The notes beneath the pieces were generated by a model. That model made no database searches and had not been told where the DNA came from. It saw only the letters and a program-made list of their open reading frames with translations. The translations under genes and the position numbers were made by a program. Source: Treponemataceae bacterium (GTDB lineage Bacteria > Spirochaetota > Spirochaetia > Treponematales > Rectinemataceae). From it: DNA of 64,000 nucleotides. Location: the NCBI GenBank assembly GCA_963677895.2, contig CAXXGJ010000038.1, positions 288,001 through 352,000 of the forward strand, given 5' to 3'. Every line of letters begins with the position of its first letter. The first letter of the stretch is position 1. This document shows positions 49,201 to 58,969 of this stretch, in pieces.

Positions 49201-49620
49201 AGCTTTTTTCTGGTCCGCGTCCGAACCTTCATCGCGCGAAAGCCCGACTTCAGGTTGCGCCATACCAGGAGAAGCGGCAGGACTTGATGCCTGCTCGGCC
49301 GTATGGTGAACGCGGGTCGACAACTTCTCAGAGGGCTGTGCGTCAGTCTTTTCATGCTGGACCTGAACAGTTTGGACCTGAGGGACGTCAGCAGGCTGCT
49401 CTCCGCCTTCAAGATCGTGATGGGCAACGACTTTCGCCTGCACCTTCTTCAGCACGATCTTTTTCTTCACCACAACAACCTTCTTCCTCTCGGCCAGGGC
49501 TTCTTCTTCGGGCTTTTCGTGCGAAACAGGAACCTGCATCGCGGGCGCCTCGCCTTGGGCCGGTTTCGGCTGTTTGATGAGATGGACTTTCTTCTGAGAG
49601 TTCTCGGTATTATCCGTCAT
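46207..49620 (-). CDS. infB: Translation initiation factor IF-2 with long low-complexity N-terminus
   Basis: [46 protein letters not shown]. Confidence 0.98.
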   Translation of the reverse strand: MTDNTENSQKKVHLIKQPKPAQGEAPAMQVPVSHEKPEEEALAERKKVVVVKKKIVLKKVQAKVVAHHDLEGGEQPADVPQVQTVQVQHEKTDAQPSEKLSTRVHHTAEQASSPAASPGMAQPEVGLSRDEGSDADQKKAPASVLAASGEALSTALPAASVSSAAATDNAQSSPSAHGAPAASAASRPADASASQPVGQPIRRESPARPAQPVRPASSSNQTPPQPGSSPSGYRGSYQSNPARPHGTAGTVGGYPANRAPGDAPRPSGYQGRSGGYQGPSGSSGYQGSGGYQGQGGQSSGGYQGGYRGNSSQPYDPNRPRPQGYQGSGGYQGTGGGYQGQGGGQSSGGYQGGYRGNSSQPYDPNRPRPQGYQGSGGYQGSGGYQGTGGGYQGTGGGYQGQRPYQGSGGYQGSGGYQGSGGYQGPPGSFPGARPQYPSSAPGGYPRGPRPQGPGGPGAPGGYRPGYPAQGRPAGRGGNMSGGPRGGGYGGARGPANGPSPLESSKTAQRKPAPRRKPGFVRREDVELEKELQLKKKAEARAIAIPKSIDIMENISVSDLAKKMNIKPAELIGKLMALGVMATINQKIDAETATILASEYNCEVKIVSLYDETVIEKEAENPDDLRARPPIVTVMGHVDHGKTKLLDAIRKTDVVAHEYGGITQHIGAYQVVTAKGNKITFLDTPGHAAFTKMRARGAQITDIVILVVSAVEGVMPQTKEALDHAKAAKVPIIVAINKIDLPESNPDRVKTQLSEMGLIPEQWGGTTQFCEISALQKKGIPELLDAILLQAEILELQASYKRLAEAKIVESRIDQGRGIVATIIVATGTLRIGDSFVAGIYPGRVRAMFDDKGNRVEEATPSTPVEVLGFEGIPNAGDPFEVVEEEKYARAISDKRQELKKYEEGKNVKKVTLDNLYETISAGEVQELKVIIKGDVQGSVEALKGMLEKLSTKEVRLNVLRAAAGAISDDDVMMASASDAIIIGFNVRPIASAKLLADREKVDIRKYNIIYRAQEDILKAMEGMLSPELKEQEIGKAEVRNIFKVPKIGIIAGCYMLEGAVHRNSQVRVIRDAIEIFQGKINSLRRFKDDAKEVVAGYECGIGIENCNDLKEGDMLEIYETIEVARTLGKAEGNGSDKA
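48352..48819 (-). repeat. Coding GYQG repeat array inside infB
   Basis: 18 YQG units plus two copies of [36 protein letters not shown]. Confidence 0.9.
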
Positions 49621-49630
49621 ATCCTACCTT

Positions 49631-51094
49631 TTACGCTTGCTGGTCGTCGCTATTATATTCAAAACTCAGTTCAACACCGCACGATGGGCAATTCTTCATG
49701 TCGGGAGTGACTGCCGTGCCGCAATCCGGGCAGGTATATTCCTCGGATGCCGTTTCGGCGGAATCCTCGGTCTCTTCCTGGACGATCTCGATATTTTCCT
49801 CGATGATGCCTTGGACCATCTGGATTTCCTCGGTGGACAGACCGGATGCTCTGGCGAGCTCCTCGTCGTCCTTTTCGAGGAAGTCCTCGACGAGGCTCAC
49901 TCCGGCGGCGTCCAAAGCCGAAAGCCACTCGGGCTTCATGCCCGGCAGGTCGGACAGGAGAACGGATTCTTCCGCTTCCTCTTCGATCTGTTCATTGGCG
50001 TCGGAGAAAAGACTGTCGGCCGCGCGCTTGAGCTCGATGTTCCTGCCGTCCTGCAGATACTGCTCCTCGGTCTTCACATCGATATTCCAGTCGCAGAGGC
50101 GATTGGCGAGCTTCACGTTCTGCCCCATCTTGCCGATCGCTATCGAGAGTTCCTTGTCGGCCACTATGGCCAGCGCCGTATGCTTGGCTTCATCCATGAT
50201 ATGGACGGTCTTCACTTCCGCGGGCGACAGGGCGTTCTTGATGAACTGGCGGGAATCGACATCGTACTTGACGAAGTCGATCTTCTCCCCTTCGAGTTCC
50301 TGACTGATGAGCTGGCTGCGCATTCCCTTGGGGCCGACGCAGGCTCCAACGGGATCCACATCGTCCCTCTTGGAGAATACGGCTACCTTGGTCCTGTAGC
50401 CGGGCTCGCGGACTATTTTGAAAATCTCTATCGTCTTGTCGTAGATTTCCGGTATTTCCAGCTCGAGAAGCTTGGTCACGAACTCGGCATGGCTCCTGGA
50501 AAGTATGATCTGCAGACCGTTCTTTCCCTTGTCCACCTCATAGATGAGGGCTTTGATGCGATCGCCGACGTGGTAGGCTTCCCTGGGAGACTGATATTTC
50601 TTGGGGAAAATGCCCTCGACCTTGCCCAGGTCGACATAGATGACATTGTTCCTTTCGCGCTGGAAGTAGCCGATTATCAGCTCGCCCTGCTTCGATTTGT
50701 ATTCGGCGTAGAGCGTGTCGCGCGAAATATCGCGGAAGTTCTGCCTGGTCGTCTGTTTCGCCACCATGACGGACTGGAGATCGAATTCCTGGGGATCGAC
50801 GGGCATTTCGAGAATATCGCCGACCTCGGCGTCCTCGGCGTAGTCATGAGCCTCTTCCAGCGTCATCTGGAGAACTTCGTCCTCCAGGTCGTCGTCGGCC
50901 ACGATGACTTTCTTGGCGTAGATATCCACGCCTTCGTAGTTGTCCCGAAAGCGGATGATGGCGTTTTCGCTCGTTCCGAATTTCTTCTTATATGCCGCGA
51001 GCAGGGCTTCCTGCAGCGTATTGACGATGAGTTCCTCGGAAATGCCCTTCTCGCTGATCAGCTGTCGAATGGCTTCCGCCATGTCAGATGCCAT
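49631..51094 (-). CDS. nusA: Transcription termination factor NusA with C-terminal zinc ribbon
   Basis: REPGYRTKVAV, DPVGACVG, AIGK.GQNVKLA; ends CPDC-x10-CPSC. Confidence 0.97.
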   Translation of the reverse strand: MASDMAEAIRQLISEKGISEELIVNTLQEALLAAYKKKFGTSENAIIRFRDNYEGVDIYAKKVIVADDDLEDEVLQMTLEEAHDYAEDAEVGDILEMPVDPQEFDLQSVMVAKQTTRQNFRDISRDTLYAEYKSKQGELIIGYFQRERNNVIYVDLGKVEGIFPKKYQSPREAYHVGDRIKALIYEVDKGKNGLQIILSRSHAEFVTKLLELEIPEIYDKTIEIFKIVREPGYRTKVAVFSKRDDVDPVGACVGPKGMRSQLISQELEGEKIDFVKYDVDSRQFIKNALSPAEVKTVHIMDEAKHTALAIVADKELSIAIGKMGQNVKLANRLCDWNIDVKTEEQYLQDGRNIELKRAADSLFSDANEQIEEEAEESVLLSDLPGMKPEWLSALDAAGVSLVEDFLEKDDEELARASGLSTEEIQMVQGIIEENIEIVQEETEDSAETASEEYTCPDCGTAVTPDMKNCPSCGVELSFEYNSDDQQA

Positions 51095-51097
51095 TGC

Positions 51098-51547
51098 TTA
51101 CTCTCCCTTATGCGAAGAATCCAAGCGCGCTTTCGCGATGGATGAAATGTCGATGGTGACGGGTTCTCCGGCGACGGAAAAACTGATTTTCCCATCGGAA
51201 TACCCGGTCAGCTCCCCGGTGATCCATTCTTCCCGGCCATGCAGCAGCACTTTGACCGCCTTGCCGACGAAGGCTTTCCACTCCCTCGACGATTTGATGA
51301 TCCTGTCAATGCCTGGGCTCGAAATTTCAATATCGGGAGTTTGCGCGTCGAAAGCGAGCTGAATTTGGGGGAGGATGAGTCTGTGCGCCTTCGCGCATTC
51401 ATCCGTTCCCGTCCCTGAAGGCGAATATACGACCGCCTTAACCTTGATGCCCCCCTTGTGCTTGAAAAGCGAAAAATCAAGGAGATGCAATCCCGCGTTC
51501 CCCAGGATCTCTTCGATCCTTGGTTCCAAATCTTTGTCGTCCGCCAC
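51098..51547 (-). CDS. rimP: Ribosome maturation factor RimP
   Basis: EC...H, EISSPGIDR motif, I.KARL; GTG start at 51547 after GAGG; position upstream of nusA. Confidence 0.88.
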   Translation of the reverse strand: MADDKDLEPRIEEILGNAGLHLLDFSLFKHKGGIKVKAVVYSPSGTGTDECAKAHRLILPQIQLAFDAQTPDIEISSPGIDRIIKSSREWKAFVGKAVKVLLHGREEWITGELTGYSDGKISFSVAGEPVTIDISSIAKARLDSSHKGE

Positions 51548-51625
51548 GCCGCCTCGCCTGCATTTGTTCCGGATATTGTCCGGCAACGGATAGATTTGAA
51601 CTCTCAGCATGCTGGAGATCAAACC

Positions 51626-51652
51626 AAAAAAAAAGAGTCGTAGAACGACTCT
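51626..51652 (-). terminator. Leader terminator/attenuator upstream of rimP-nusA-infB
   Basis: Minus strand AGAGTCGT-TCT-ACGACTC followed by T9. Confidence 0.7.
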
Positions 51653-51693
51653 CCTTATTTCTAAAAAGAATCATGCGCTTTTTACATGCCATT

Positions 51694-51722
51694 ATAGTAG
51701 TATTCTACAATGGGTTAGTCAA
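51694..51722 (-). promoter_or_regulatory. Putative sigma70 promoter of the rimP operon
   Basis: TTGACT-N17-TACTAT (overlapping TATAAT). Confidence 0.65.
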
Positions 51723-51791
51723 TAGCCGGAAGGATATCGCCAAGGCGGCGGCGACGCTCGCATAAAGCCCGGGAACCCTTCCGGAAAGTCG

Positions 51792-52538
51792 TCAATCCGC
51801 GGCGATGACAAGGGCGCAGACATTTACGGCTCCGTTTTCGCGCAGGGCTTTCGCGCATGCCTCGATCGTGGCGCCCGTCGTGTAGACGTCGTCCACGAGA
51901 ACGACATCGGCCGGCATTCGGGAGACCCTGGCGGGAATGACCGAATAAGCCTTTTCGGCATTTGTCTTCCTCATCGCCTTGTTCAGCTTTTTCTGCTGAG
52001 CGCCGGCGTGCCGCTCGAGAATACGTTCGACGCGATAGCCTCGCTTCTCCAGCGCCGCGACGATAGCCTCCACCTGGTCCCATTCCCTCCGCCTTATCTT
52101 CTCGGGACGCGGAGGCACGGGAACGATGGTTCTGCCGGGCCAGCGGGCATCGATGACCTCGGACAGGATACCAGCCCAAAAGGGCGCGAGGGAGCGCCGT
52201 TTTGAGGACTTGTATTCCCTCACGAGAACGGCCGGCAACCCTACATACTTGAAGAGCGGGTAGATTTCGGAACAGGATCTCTCGATATCTCTGCATCCAT
52301 AACAAATATCCTGCTCGGAATAAAGCTCCTGGCCGCATTTCCCGCATCGCCGGCCGCCTATCCGCGTCAGTTTGGCCGCACAACGGACGCAAAGGGGAAT
52401 TGATGGAGAGGAGCTCGCCGTCGCCGCCGCTGCCGCCGCGTCCACGCGCCCGCCGCATATGGCGCAATAATGGGGAACTATCCATGCGGCGGCGGTCGAG
52501 ACCAAGGCTCTTATGACTTTTGCAGGCTTTACATACAT
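51792..52538 (-). CDS. comF: ComF-family protein (double zinc ribbon plus PRTase)
   Basis: Four CxxC motifs, IVPVP, VLVDDVYTTGAT. Confidence 0.9.
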   Translation of the reverse strand: MYVKPAKVIRALVSTAAAWIVPHYCAICGGRVDAAAAAATASSSPSIPLCVRCAAKLTRIGGRRCGKCGQELYSEQDICYGCRDIERSCSEIYPLFKYVGLPAVLVREYKSSKRRSLAPFWAGILSEVIDARWPGRTIVPVPPRPEKIRRREWDQVEAIVAALEKRGYRVERILERHAGAQQKKLNKAMRKTNAEKAYSVIPARVSRMPADVVLVDDVYTTGATIEACAKALRENGAVNVCALVIAAD

Positions 52539-52590
52539 CAGCCTATGGACGCGTCCGATGGAGCGCTTTGCTTCAGCGGAGCGCTTTGCT

Positions 52591-55224
52591 TCAATTGAGC
52601 GTCGCGCGGAGTTCGGAAAGAAACTGAAGGGCTTCCAGCGGAGTCATGCGATCCGGATCGATGCCTCTGAGTTTCGCTATCGCCATGTCGTCGGCCGAGA
52701 ACAGCTCCCGCGAGGGCTGCCGCTCTTTGATCCGAGGCGGGGGCGCGACGGCGAGGGGTTCGGCTTCCGCCAGCGGCGAGAGGCTCCGCTCGAAACTGAC
52801 GAACCTTTTCTGTAGCGCCTTGGCCCGGGCGAGGACTTCATCGGGAATGCCAGCCAGCCTGGCGACATGGAGTCCGTAGGACCCGGCCGCCGGCCCTTCC
52901 TTAAGCCGTTTCAAAAAGACGATTTCGCCCTCGTTTTCTAGGACGGCCATGCTGAGATTGACCAGATGGGGATGCATTATCGAAGTGAGTTCGTGGTAAT
53001 GGGTGGCGAAAAGCGTCCTGCAGCGCACGGCGTCCAGAAGCTGCTCGCTCACCGCCCAGGCGATGGAGACTCCGTCGAGCGTCCCGGTTCCCCTTCCCAC
53101 CTCGTCCATGATGACAAGGCTTCGTGGAGTCGCCGTATTGAGGATGTAGGCCGTTTCGTGCATCTCCACGAGGAAGGTGCTCTCTCCCCTCGCGAGATTG
53201 TCCTGGGCGCCCACGCGGCAGAATATCTTGTCCGTGATCCCTATTCTGGCCGTTTCCGCCGGCACGAAGGAACCGATATGGGCCATGAGGGTGATGAGAG
53301 CTGTCTGCCTGAGGATCGTGGACTTTCCCGCCATGTTGGGTCCGGTGATGAGCGCGAAGCAGGCGCCTTCCGTATCCAGTTGCAGGTCGTTCGGCACAAA
53401 ATCGCCCACGGGGAGGCAAGCCTCCACGACAGGATGGCGTCCCTGCTTGATCGATATGACCGACTCTTCGAGGAGTTCAGGCCTGCAATAGGCCCCCTCC
53501 GTGGCCGTTTCGGCAAACGAGGCGAGGCAATCGGTGGCGGCGATGACGCGCGCCAGGCGTTCCATCGACTCTATATGGATTTTCAGGCTTTCCCTGACTT
53601 CGAGGAAGAGCCTCTTTTCCAGCTCGGCGATTTTCTCCGTGGCGCCGTTGATTTCGCTCTCTATTTCGGCCAGTCGATCGGTCGTGTAGCGCTCGCCCGC
53701 GACGAGGGATTGGCGCCGGATGAAGTGCGCCGGCACGGCGTCGATCTTGCCCTTGGACACTTCGAGATAGTATCCGATGATTTTATTGTAGCGTATCCGA
53801 AGATTCTGGATGCCTGATCCGTTCTTTTCCTCCTCGAGATATTCCTCGAGAATCTGGTTGGAATCCTTCTTTACGGAACGGAGATGATCCAGATCCGCGC
53901 TGTAGCCATCCATCATAAGATTGCCCTCGGTGAGGAGAATGGTGGGATCTTCCTTGATCGAACGCTCGACGATGTCCGAGACCAGCGCGCAGCCTTTCTC
54001 GACTTCCTCGTCCAGGCCCTCGGTGAGAAGAGCGGGCGCGCCCCTGCCTTTCAGCAGGCTGCCTATGGAGAGCGAAGCCCGCAGAGAATCCCCGAGGGCC
54101 AGAAGGTCTTTGGCATGGGCTTTATCCATGGCGAGACGCGCGATGAGCCGTTCGGAATCCAGGACGGCGCCCAGTCGCCTGCGCAGGTCGTTGAGGAGAA
54201 GCTGGTCCCTATAAAGGTATTCCACAGCATCCAGCCGGGCCTCGATGATCTCTTTGCGCCTCAGCGGCTGGAGAATCCATTGCCTCAGCAGCCTGAATCC
54301 CCCGGCGGTTTTCGTCTTGTCCAGCACCGAAAGCAGCGTATCCCGCTTCCCCGAATCGGACAGGTTCCTAACGAGTTCCAGGTTCCTGCGGGTGGCTTCA
54401 TCCAGCGAAAGATGATCGTCCCGGTCATAGGGAAGAAGGGATCTGATATGAGGACTTCGCGTCTTGGCGTTCTCGTCCAGGTATTCCAGAAGAATCCCCG
54501 CGGCGGCCAGTTCCGGCGCATCGTCGGAAAAACCGAAACCTTTCAGGGAGGCTACGCCGAAACGTTCCTTGAGTTCCCCCAGCGCTTTCGTCCTGTCGAA
54601 GCTCCAGTCCGGGCGGCGTTCCACGAGGATTCCTTCCATTTCCCGGATGATCGCTCCCATCTCGGGACGCTCGTACAAAGACTGCTGGATGATGATTTCC
54701 CTCGGCGCCAGCCTGTACAGCTCGGAACGAAGGAATTCGGCCCCAGATCCGGCTCCTGCTCCTACCCCGCCCTCGTCCGGACTGGAATAAGCCCTGAATT
54801 CGCCGGTGGACACATCGAGACAGGCAACGCACATCCGCCCCTCGAGGCTGCAAAGGCTTGCCAGATAGTTATTGGACGCGTGATCGATGAAATCTTCCTC
54901 GATGGTCGTCCCGGGCGTCACGACTTCGATGACGTCGCGCTCAATTATACCCTTGGAGCCTGGCGCCGTGAGCTGTTCGCAGATGGCTACTTTCTTGCCC
55001 GCCTTGAGCAGCCTCGCGATGTAGGGCTTGTATGCGTGATAGGGAATCCCGCACATGGGCTGCCCCTGCCTTTTCGTGAGCGTGAGATCGAGGAGGGAGC
55101 TGGCCACGATCGCGTCGTCGAAAAACATCTCGTAAAAATCCCCGAGACGAAAAAAGAGGATGGCGTCGCGATAACGCGCTTTAATCCTGCGGTATTGATC
55201 CAGCATTGCAAGGCGTTCAGGCAT
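52591..55224 (-). CDS. mutS: DNA mismatch repair protein MutS
   Basis: FFRLGDFYEMF, GRHPVVE, TGPNMAGKST, STFLVEM, DEVGRGT, FATHYHEL, SYGLHVA. Confidence 0.98.
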   Translation of the reverse strand: MPERLAMLDQYRRIKARYRDAILFFRLGDFYEMFFDDAIVASSLLDLTLTKRQGQPMCGIPYHAYKPYIARLLKAGKKVAICEQLTAPGSKGIIERDVIEVVTPGTTIEEDFIDHASNNYLASLCSLEGRMCVACLDVSTGEFRAYSSPDEGGVGAGAGSGAEFLRSELYRLAPREIIIQQSLYERPEMGAIIREMEGILVERRPDWSFDRTKALGELKERFGVASLKGFGFSDDAPELAAAGILLEYLDENAKTRSPHIRSLLPYDRDDHLSLDEATRRNLELVRNLSDSGKRDTLLSVLDKTKTAGGFRLLRQWILQPLRRKEIIEARLDAVEYLYRDQLLLNDLRRRLGAVLDSERLIARLAMDKAHAKDLLALGDSLRASLSIGSLLKGRGAPALLTEGLDEEVEKGCALVSDIVERSIKEDPTILLTEGNLMMDGYSADLDHLRSVKKDSNQILEEYLEEEKNGSGIQNLRIRYNKIIGYYLEVSKGKIDAVPAHFIRRQSLVAGERYTTDRLAEIESEINGATEKIAELEKRLFLEVRESLKIHIESMERLARVIAATDCLASFAETATEGAYCRPELLEESVISIKQGRHPVVEACLPVGDFVPNDLQLDTEGACFALITGPNMAGKSTILRQTALITLMAHIGSFVPAETARIGITDKIFCRVGAQDNLARGESTFLVEMHETAYILNTATPRSLVIMDEVGRGTGTLDGVSIAWAVSEQLLDAVRCRTLFATHYHELTSIMHPHLVNLSMAVLENEGEIVFLKRLKEGPAAGSYGLHVARLAGIPDEVLARAKALQKRFVSFERSLSPLAEAEPLAVAPPPRIKERQPSRELFSADDMAIAKLRGIDPDRMTPLEALQFLSELRATLN

Positions 55225-55289
55225 AGGCTTGAATTATACGTATCGGACGGTTACTCTACAAGGCGAAAAAACGCTTCCAGCGGACTGGA

Positions 55290-55802
55290 ATGGAACGAAA
55301 GAAGAAGGTTATGACAGCAGAGCAGATTTTTTTCGGTTTAAAGGATTCGAATCTCGTCATCATCCCAGTCGGTCATATCACGGCCACGCTTTGCCCGGAA
55401 CTCAAGGTCAGGCTTCAGGCGCTGCTTGGGCCGGACTCAAACCTGCGCTCACTGCGTTTCGATTTCTCCGACTGCCTCTATATGGACTCGACATTCCTGG
55501 GTCTCATCGTCTATCTAGCCAAGACGACCCATAATCTCGGAATCGGCCAGCCTGTAATACATCACGCCAACACGCAGTGCATGAGCCTATTCAGAACCAT
55601 GGGAATGACGAAAATGCTGGAGTTCTCCGACGAATCCTGCCCGGAGCCCGCGGAAAAGACGGAACTCACGGCGCAGGAGGCGCTGAACGTCAGCTTCCTT
55701 CTGGATGCCCACAAGGAGCTGAGCATGCTTTCGGCCGAAAACGAAGAACGATTCCGCTCCCTGACTTCAGCCCTCGCGGACAGCCAGAACCAGGAAGACT
55801 GA
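55290..55802 (+). CDS. STAS-domain protein (anti-sigma factor antagonist-like)
   Basis: FDFSDCLYMDSTFLGL, LF.TMG motifs. Confidence 0.8.
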   Translation: MERKKKVMTAEQIFFGLKDSNLVIIPVGHITATLCPELKVRLQALLGPDSNLRSLRFDFSDCLYMDSTFLGLIVYLAKTTHNLGIGQPVIHHANTQCMSLFRTMGMTKMLEFSDESCPEPAEKTELTAQEALNVSFLLDAHKELSMLSAENEERFRSLTSALADSQNQED

Positions 55803-55807
55803 GCGCT

Positions 55808-56353
55808 TCACCGGGAAGCGGGAATCGCCTGTATGACCTTGTCGGTTATGTCGATGGAGGCGCTGTTCCACAGCACCACGCTCGCGTTCTGATCCTGGGG
55901 CTTGAGATTCAGCACAAGGGAATAACCTTCGGCTTCGGCCACTTTAGCGATCGTAGAGCCGAGCTTTTGCACGAATGAAGCGCTTGAGCTCAGCGCCTTG
56001 GCGAGAAGATCCAGCTCATTCTGCCTGGCGCTGACATATTCCTTCAAAGCTTCCGTTTTTTGTTCAATCTCCCGTGTCAGGTCGAAAGCCCGGTCGCCTT
56101 CGCCGAAGGTATCGGCATTGGCCTTTTTACTCTGCAGATTCTTGATTTCGGCCGCTCTCCTGTCCACCTCAGCCTGGATTTCCGCTTTTTTCGCCTCGAA
56201 GTTCTTGAGGGCGGCGGTATCGGCGGGAAAAGCCGACAGGACTCGGGCGAGGTCGACGACGGCTACGCGCGTTATCTGCTGCGACACGACAGGAGCCGTC
56301 GCCAGGATGAGAAAAATCACGCATATCGTTCCCGCTTTCGCTATCTTATTCAT
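55808..56353 (-). CDS. skp: OmpH/Skp periplasmic chaperone
   Basis: Signal peptide, TRVAVVD, coiled coil, AEAEGYSLVL, DITDKVI; start reassigned to 56353 after GGAGG. Confidence 0.88.
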   Translation of the reverse strand: MNKIAKAGTICVIFLILATAPVVSQQITRVAVVDLARVLSAFPADTAALKNFEAKKAEIQAEVDRRAAEIKNLQSKKANADTFGEGDRAFDLTREIEQKTEALKEYVSARQNELDLLAKALSSSASFVQKLGSTIAKVAEAEGYSLVLNLKPQDQNASVVLWNSASIDITDKVIQAIPASR

Positions 56354-56439
56354 GTCCTTACCTCCATGCATCCGCGCCGATACCCCGGCGATGCCTGTCG
56401 CCATGCGACAGGCGGTCCCAAGCGATTGCCGGTCCCCGA

Positions 56440-58950
56440 TCAATAGAGCGGCTGCGTTATGCTGAGCACGAAATCGAAGTCCGTGCCCGTGGTCTTCCAG
56501 GTTATAGCCGAACCGTCGAAGGTGAAACGCTTCGCGAAATAGAATCTGAAGGGGAACTGGGGGATGGTAAACCTGAATCCCAGGCCCGTGCTGAAAGCGA
56601 AATTCTCCCACGAAAGGCTGTTGGATCCGGTGGCGGCAGGCGTCGACAAGGTCATATCGACCATGCCGTTCCTCGTCTTCATGGCGCCCGCGTCCACGAA
56701 AAGATCCATCCAGAGCATCTGGTCTATCACCGGCATTCTCAGCTCCAGGGAATTCTCCCAGAGCATCGTGCCTTTCGAGCCGTACAGATCGTCCCATCCG
56801 CGCACGTTGAAGGTTCCATCGAGACTCACCCAATCTTTCGTGACCCTGAAGTCGGCCCAAGGCTCGGCCATGAGCGCCTGGAAGCCGGAATGGGCCATCA
56901 GAACCCATTTAAATTTCCAGGTCTCGCTGAGAGGAATGGTGAAAAGCGTCGCGTAGCCGTCCAGGCGGGTTTCGGACTTGATATAGTGCTGGCGCTCGAA
57001 AGGAAGGAATCCGGTGACGGTCATGCGCTGACTGGCGTAATAGCCCGTGGAGGGGTTGTACCAGTAGTCCAGATTGTTCAGGTAGGCGCGGCCATAGATC
57101 CTGTTGGTGAGCAGCCAGTCCTGGTTGGTCTCGCGGAACTCGGCTTCGTAAGGCCTGTACTTATCCTCGTCGTAATTGATCATGCCCAGACCTGAGGACA
57201 GGCCGCCCGTCGCTCCGAGATCACCTATCCTTGTCTTGAGGGTGTATCCAAGATTGAAACCCAGGCTGAAATCCCAGTTTTCATAGGGCATGAGATACTG
57301 GTCAGGGACGGAGGAAAGCGAGCCGCTCCATTCGTTCGTGCCGCTGCCGATCCCCACGAAAGGATCGGGGATATCCTGGTTCGTGAATACGGGGCCGAGA
57401 ATATCTTGTCCCGTCGTTTCAGTGCTATGCCCTACTTTCAGGCTCAGGCCGCGCGAGATCCTCTTGTTGAGGAGCCAGCTTTCGCTGAATGAAGTTTCCA
57501 CCGACTGTTCCGTCGGCGAGAGCGTCACATTGGCCTGGAGGTTCTGACCATTGCCGCCCAGGTTCCTGTCATTCCATTTTACGTAGCCGGAGAGCGGGAA
57601 AGAGTCGCTTTGGCCCAGACCGCTCAGCGTGACGCCGAACTGGACTTCAGCAGTGCTCATCTCCTCGACGTTGACGACGAGGTCCATCAAGTTTTCGGCG
57701 CTCCCCTGGTGGATCTCAGGCTCCACCGCGGAGAAATACTGAAGATTATACAGATTCCGAAGGCCGTCTATGATTTTTGCCTTGGAGAAAATATCTCCCG
57801 CCTCCAGCGGCACTTCTCTGGCCAGGACGAATTCCTTGGTTTTCTCGTTGCCCTTGAAGCTCAGGTTTTCGATGTGGGCCCTGTCGCGTTCGGTCACGGT
57901 TATCGTGAACAGGATGGAACCGGCGTTCTCGTCTCTCGTCTCCGCCAGGTTGATCTGGTTGAAGATGTATCCTGACTCATAATAGAGATCGTCAATCTTC
58001 TGTTTTTCCAGCTGGAGCTTCTTGTAGTTGAGGACGGAGCCCTGCTTCAGGGTGACGAGGCCCTTAAGCTTGTCCTCGGCGAATACCTTGTTTCCCTCGA
58101 AGGCCATGCCGCCGTATTTCCACTGTCTGCCTTCGGAAAGGGCCAAGGTAAGTATCAGCCAGTTTTTGCCCGTGGCAGCGTCTTTTTCATATTCCTTGAA
58201 TACATCGATGATCTTGGCGTCCACAAAGCCCTTGGACTGGTAATAATCGATGATCGCTTTCTTGCTCTCCTCAAGCTTGGTCTCCTGGAAGGCTCCACTC
58301 TGGAAAAGAGCCGCTTCCTTGAGCGTCATTTGCCCTTTGAGCGTCTTGGCTGACATCGACGTGTTGCCCGTGAACTTGATCGTTCGGAGGGAGACCTGCA
58401 CGCCTTCGACCGCCTTGAAGGTCAGGATCAGGAGCGAAGGATCAGCCGAAGCCGTCGCTTCGTGAGTGACAAGGGCGTCCGGATAGCCCTTTTCGTTATA
58501 GAGTTTCTTGATGGCCACATCGTCGAGGTTGGCTTTTGTAGGATTGTATATATCGCCTGATTTGACGCCGATCGCTCCCAGAATGTCCGAGGACCTGACT
58601 CCCGCGTTGCCGCTTACGCGCACGGAGAGGACCGAAGGCTTTTCCTTCACCACGAAACGAAGAATGAGCTGCTCTTTCGAGTCTTCGATCCGCACGGCGA
58701 GGGGTTCTATCGTTTCGAACCATTCGAGTTCATACAGCCTCGACTGCATCTCAAGCCAAAGATCGGGCGTGAATGGCTTGCCTATGTAATTGCGGAGGAG
58801 AGCGTCCAGTTCGTTCTTGTTCGCTTTCTTGATTCCATCCCACTGCACGGACTGGATGGACTTGTCCCAGAACCATTCTTCCGAGGATTCCTGCGCGCCC
58901 ACCATACCGAAAGCCAGGATCAGGACAATAGCCAGCAATGTTTTTCTCAT
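56440..58950 (-). CDS. bamA: Outer membrane protein assembly factor BamA
   Basis: Signal peptide, POTRA repeats (GN....., Y...GY), NVRGW lid-loop motif, barrel C-terminus. Confidence 0.93.
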   Translation of the reverse strand: MRKTLLAIVLILAFGMVGAQESSEEWFWDKSIQSVQWDGIKKANKNELDALLRNYIGKPFTPDLWLEMQSRLYELEWFETIEPLAVRIEDSKEQLILRFVVKEKPSVLSVRVSGNAGVRSSDILGAIGVKSGDIYNPTKANLDDVAIKKLYNEKGYPDALVTHEATASADPSLLILTFKAVEGVQVSLRTIKFTGNTSMSAKTLKGQMTLKEAALFQSGAFQETKLEESKKAIIDYYQSKGFVDAKIIDVFKEYEKDAATGKNWLILTLALSEGRQWKYGGMAFEGNKVFAEDKLKGLVTLKQGSVLNYKKLQLEKQKIDDLYYESGYIFNQINLAETRDENAGSILFTITVTERDRAHIENLSFKGNEKTKEFVLAREVPLEAGDIFSKAKIIDGLRNLYNLQYFSAVEPEIHQGSAENLMDLVVNVEEMSTAEVQFGVTLSGLGQSDSFPLSGYVKWNDRNLGGNGQNLQANVTLSPTEQSVETSFSESWLLNKRISRGLSLKVGHSTETTGQDILGPVFTNQDIPDPFVGIGSGTNEWSGSLSSVPDQYLMPYENWDFSLGFNLGYTLKTRIGDLGATGGLSSGLGMINYDEDKYRPYEAEFRETNQDWLLTNRIYGRAYLNNLDYWYNPSTGYYASQRMTVTGFLPFERQHYIKSETRLDGYATLFTIPLSETWKFKWVLMAHSGFQALMAEPWADFRVTKDWVSLDGTFNVRGWDDLYGSKGTMLWENSLELRMPVIDQMLWMDLFVDAGAMKTRNGMVDMTLSTPAATGSNSLSWENFAFSTGLGFRFTIPQFPFRFYFAKRFTFDGSAITWKTTGTDFDFVLSITQPLY

Positions 58951-58969
58951 GTATGTTCCCTTAGGTAAT

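Noticed and set aside
55808..56908. 366-aa ORF as called in the track
   Set aside because: The N-terminal 185 aa overlap bamA out of frame and the intergenic gap; real Skp starts at 56353 with SD and signal peptide. Similar over-extended starts were corrected for amrA, dtd, rbfA, rimP, lptG, greA and ppdK.
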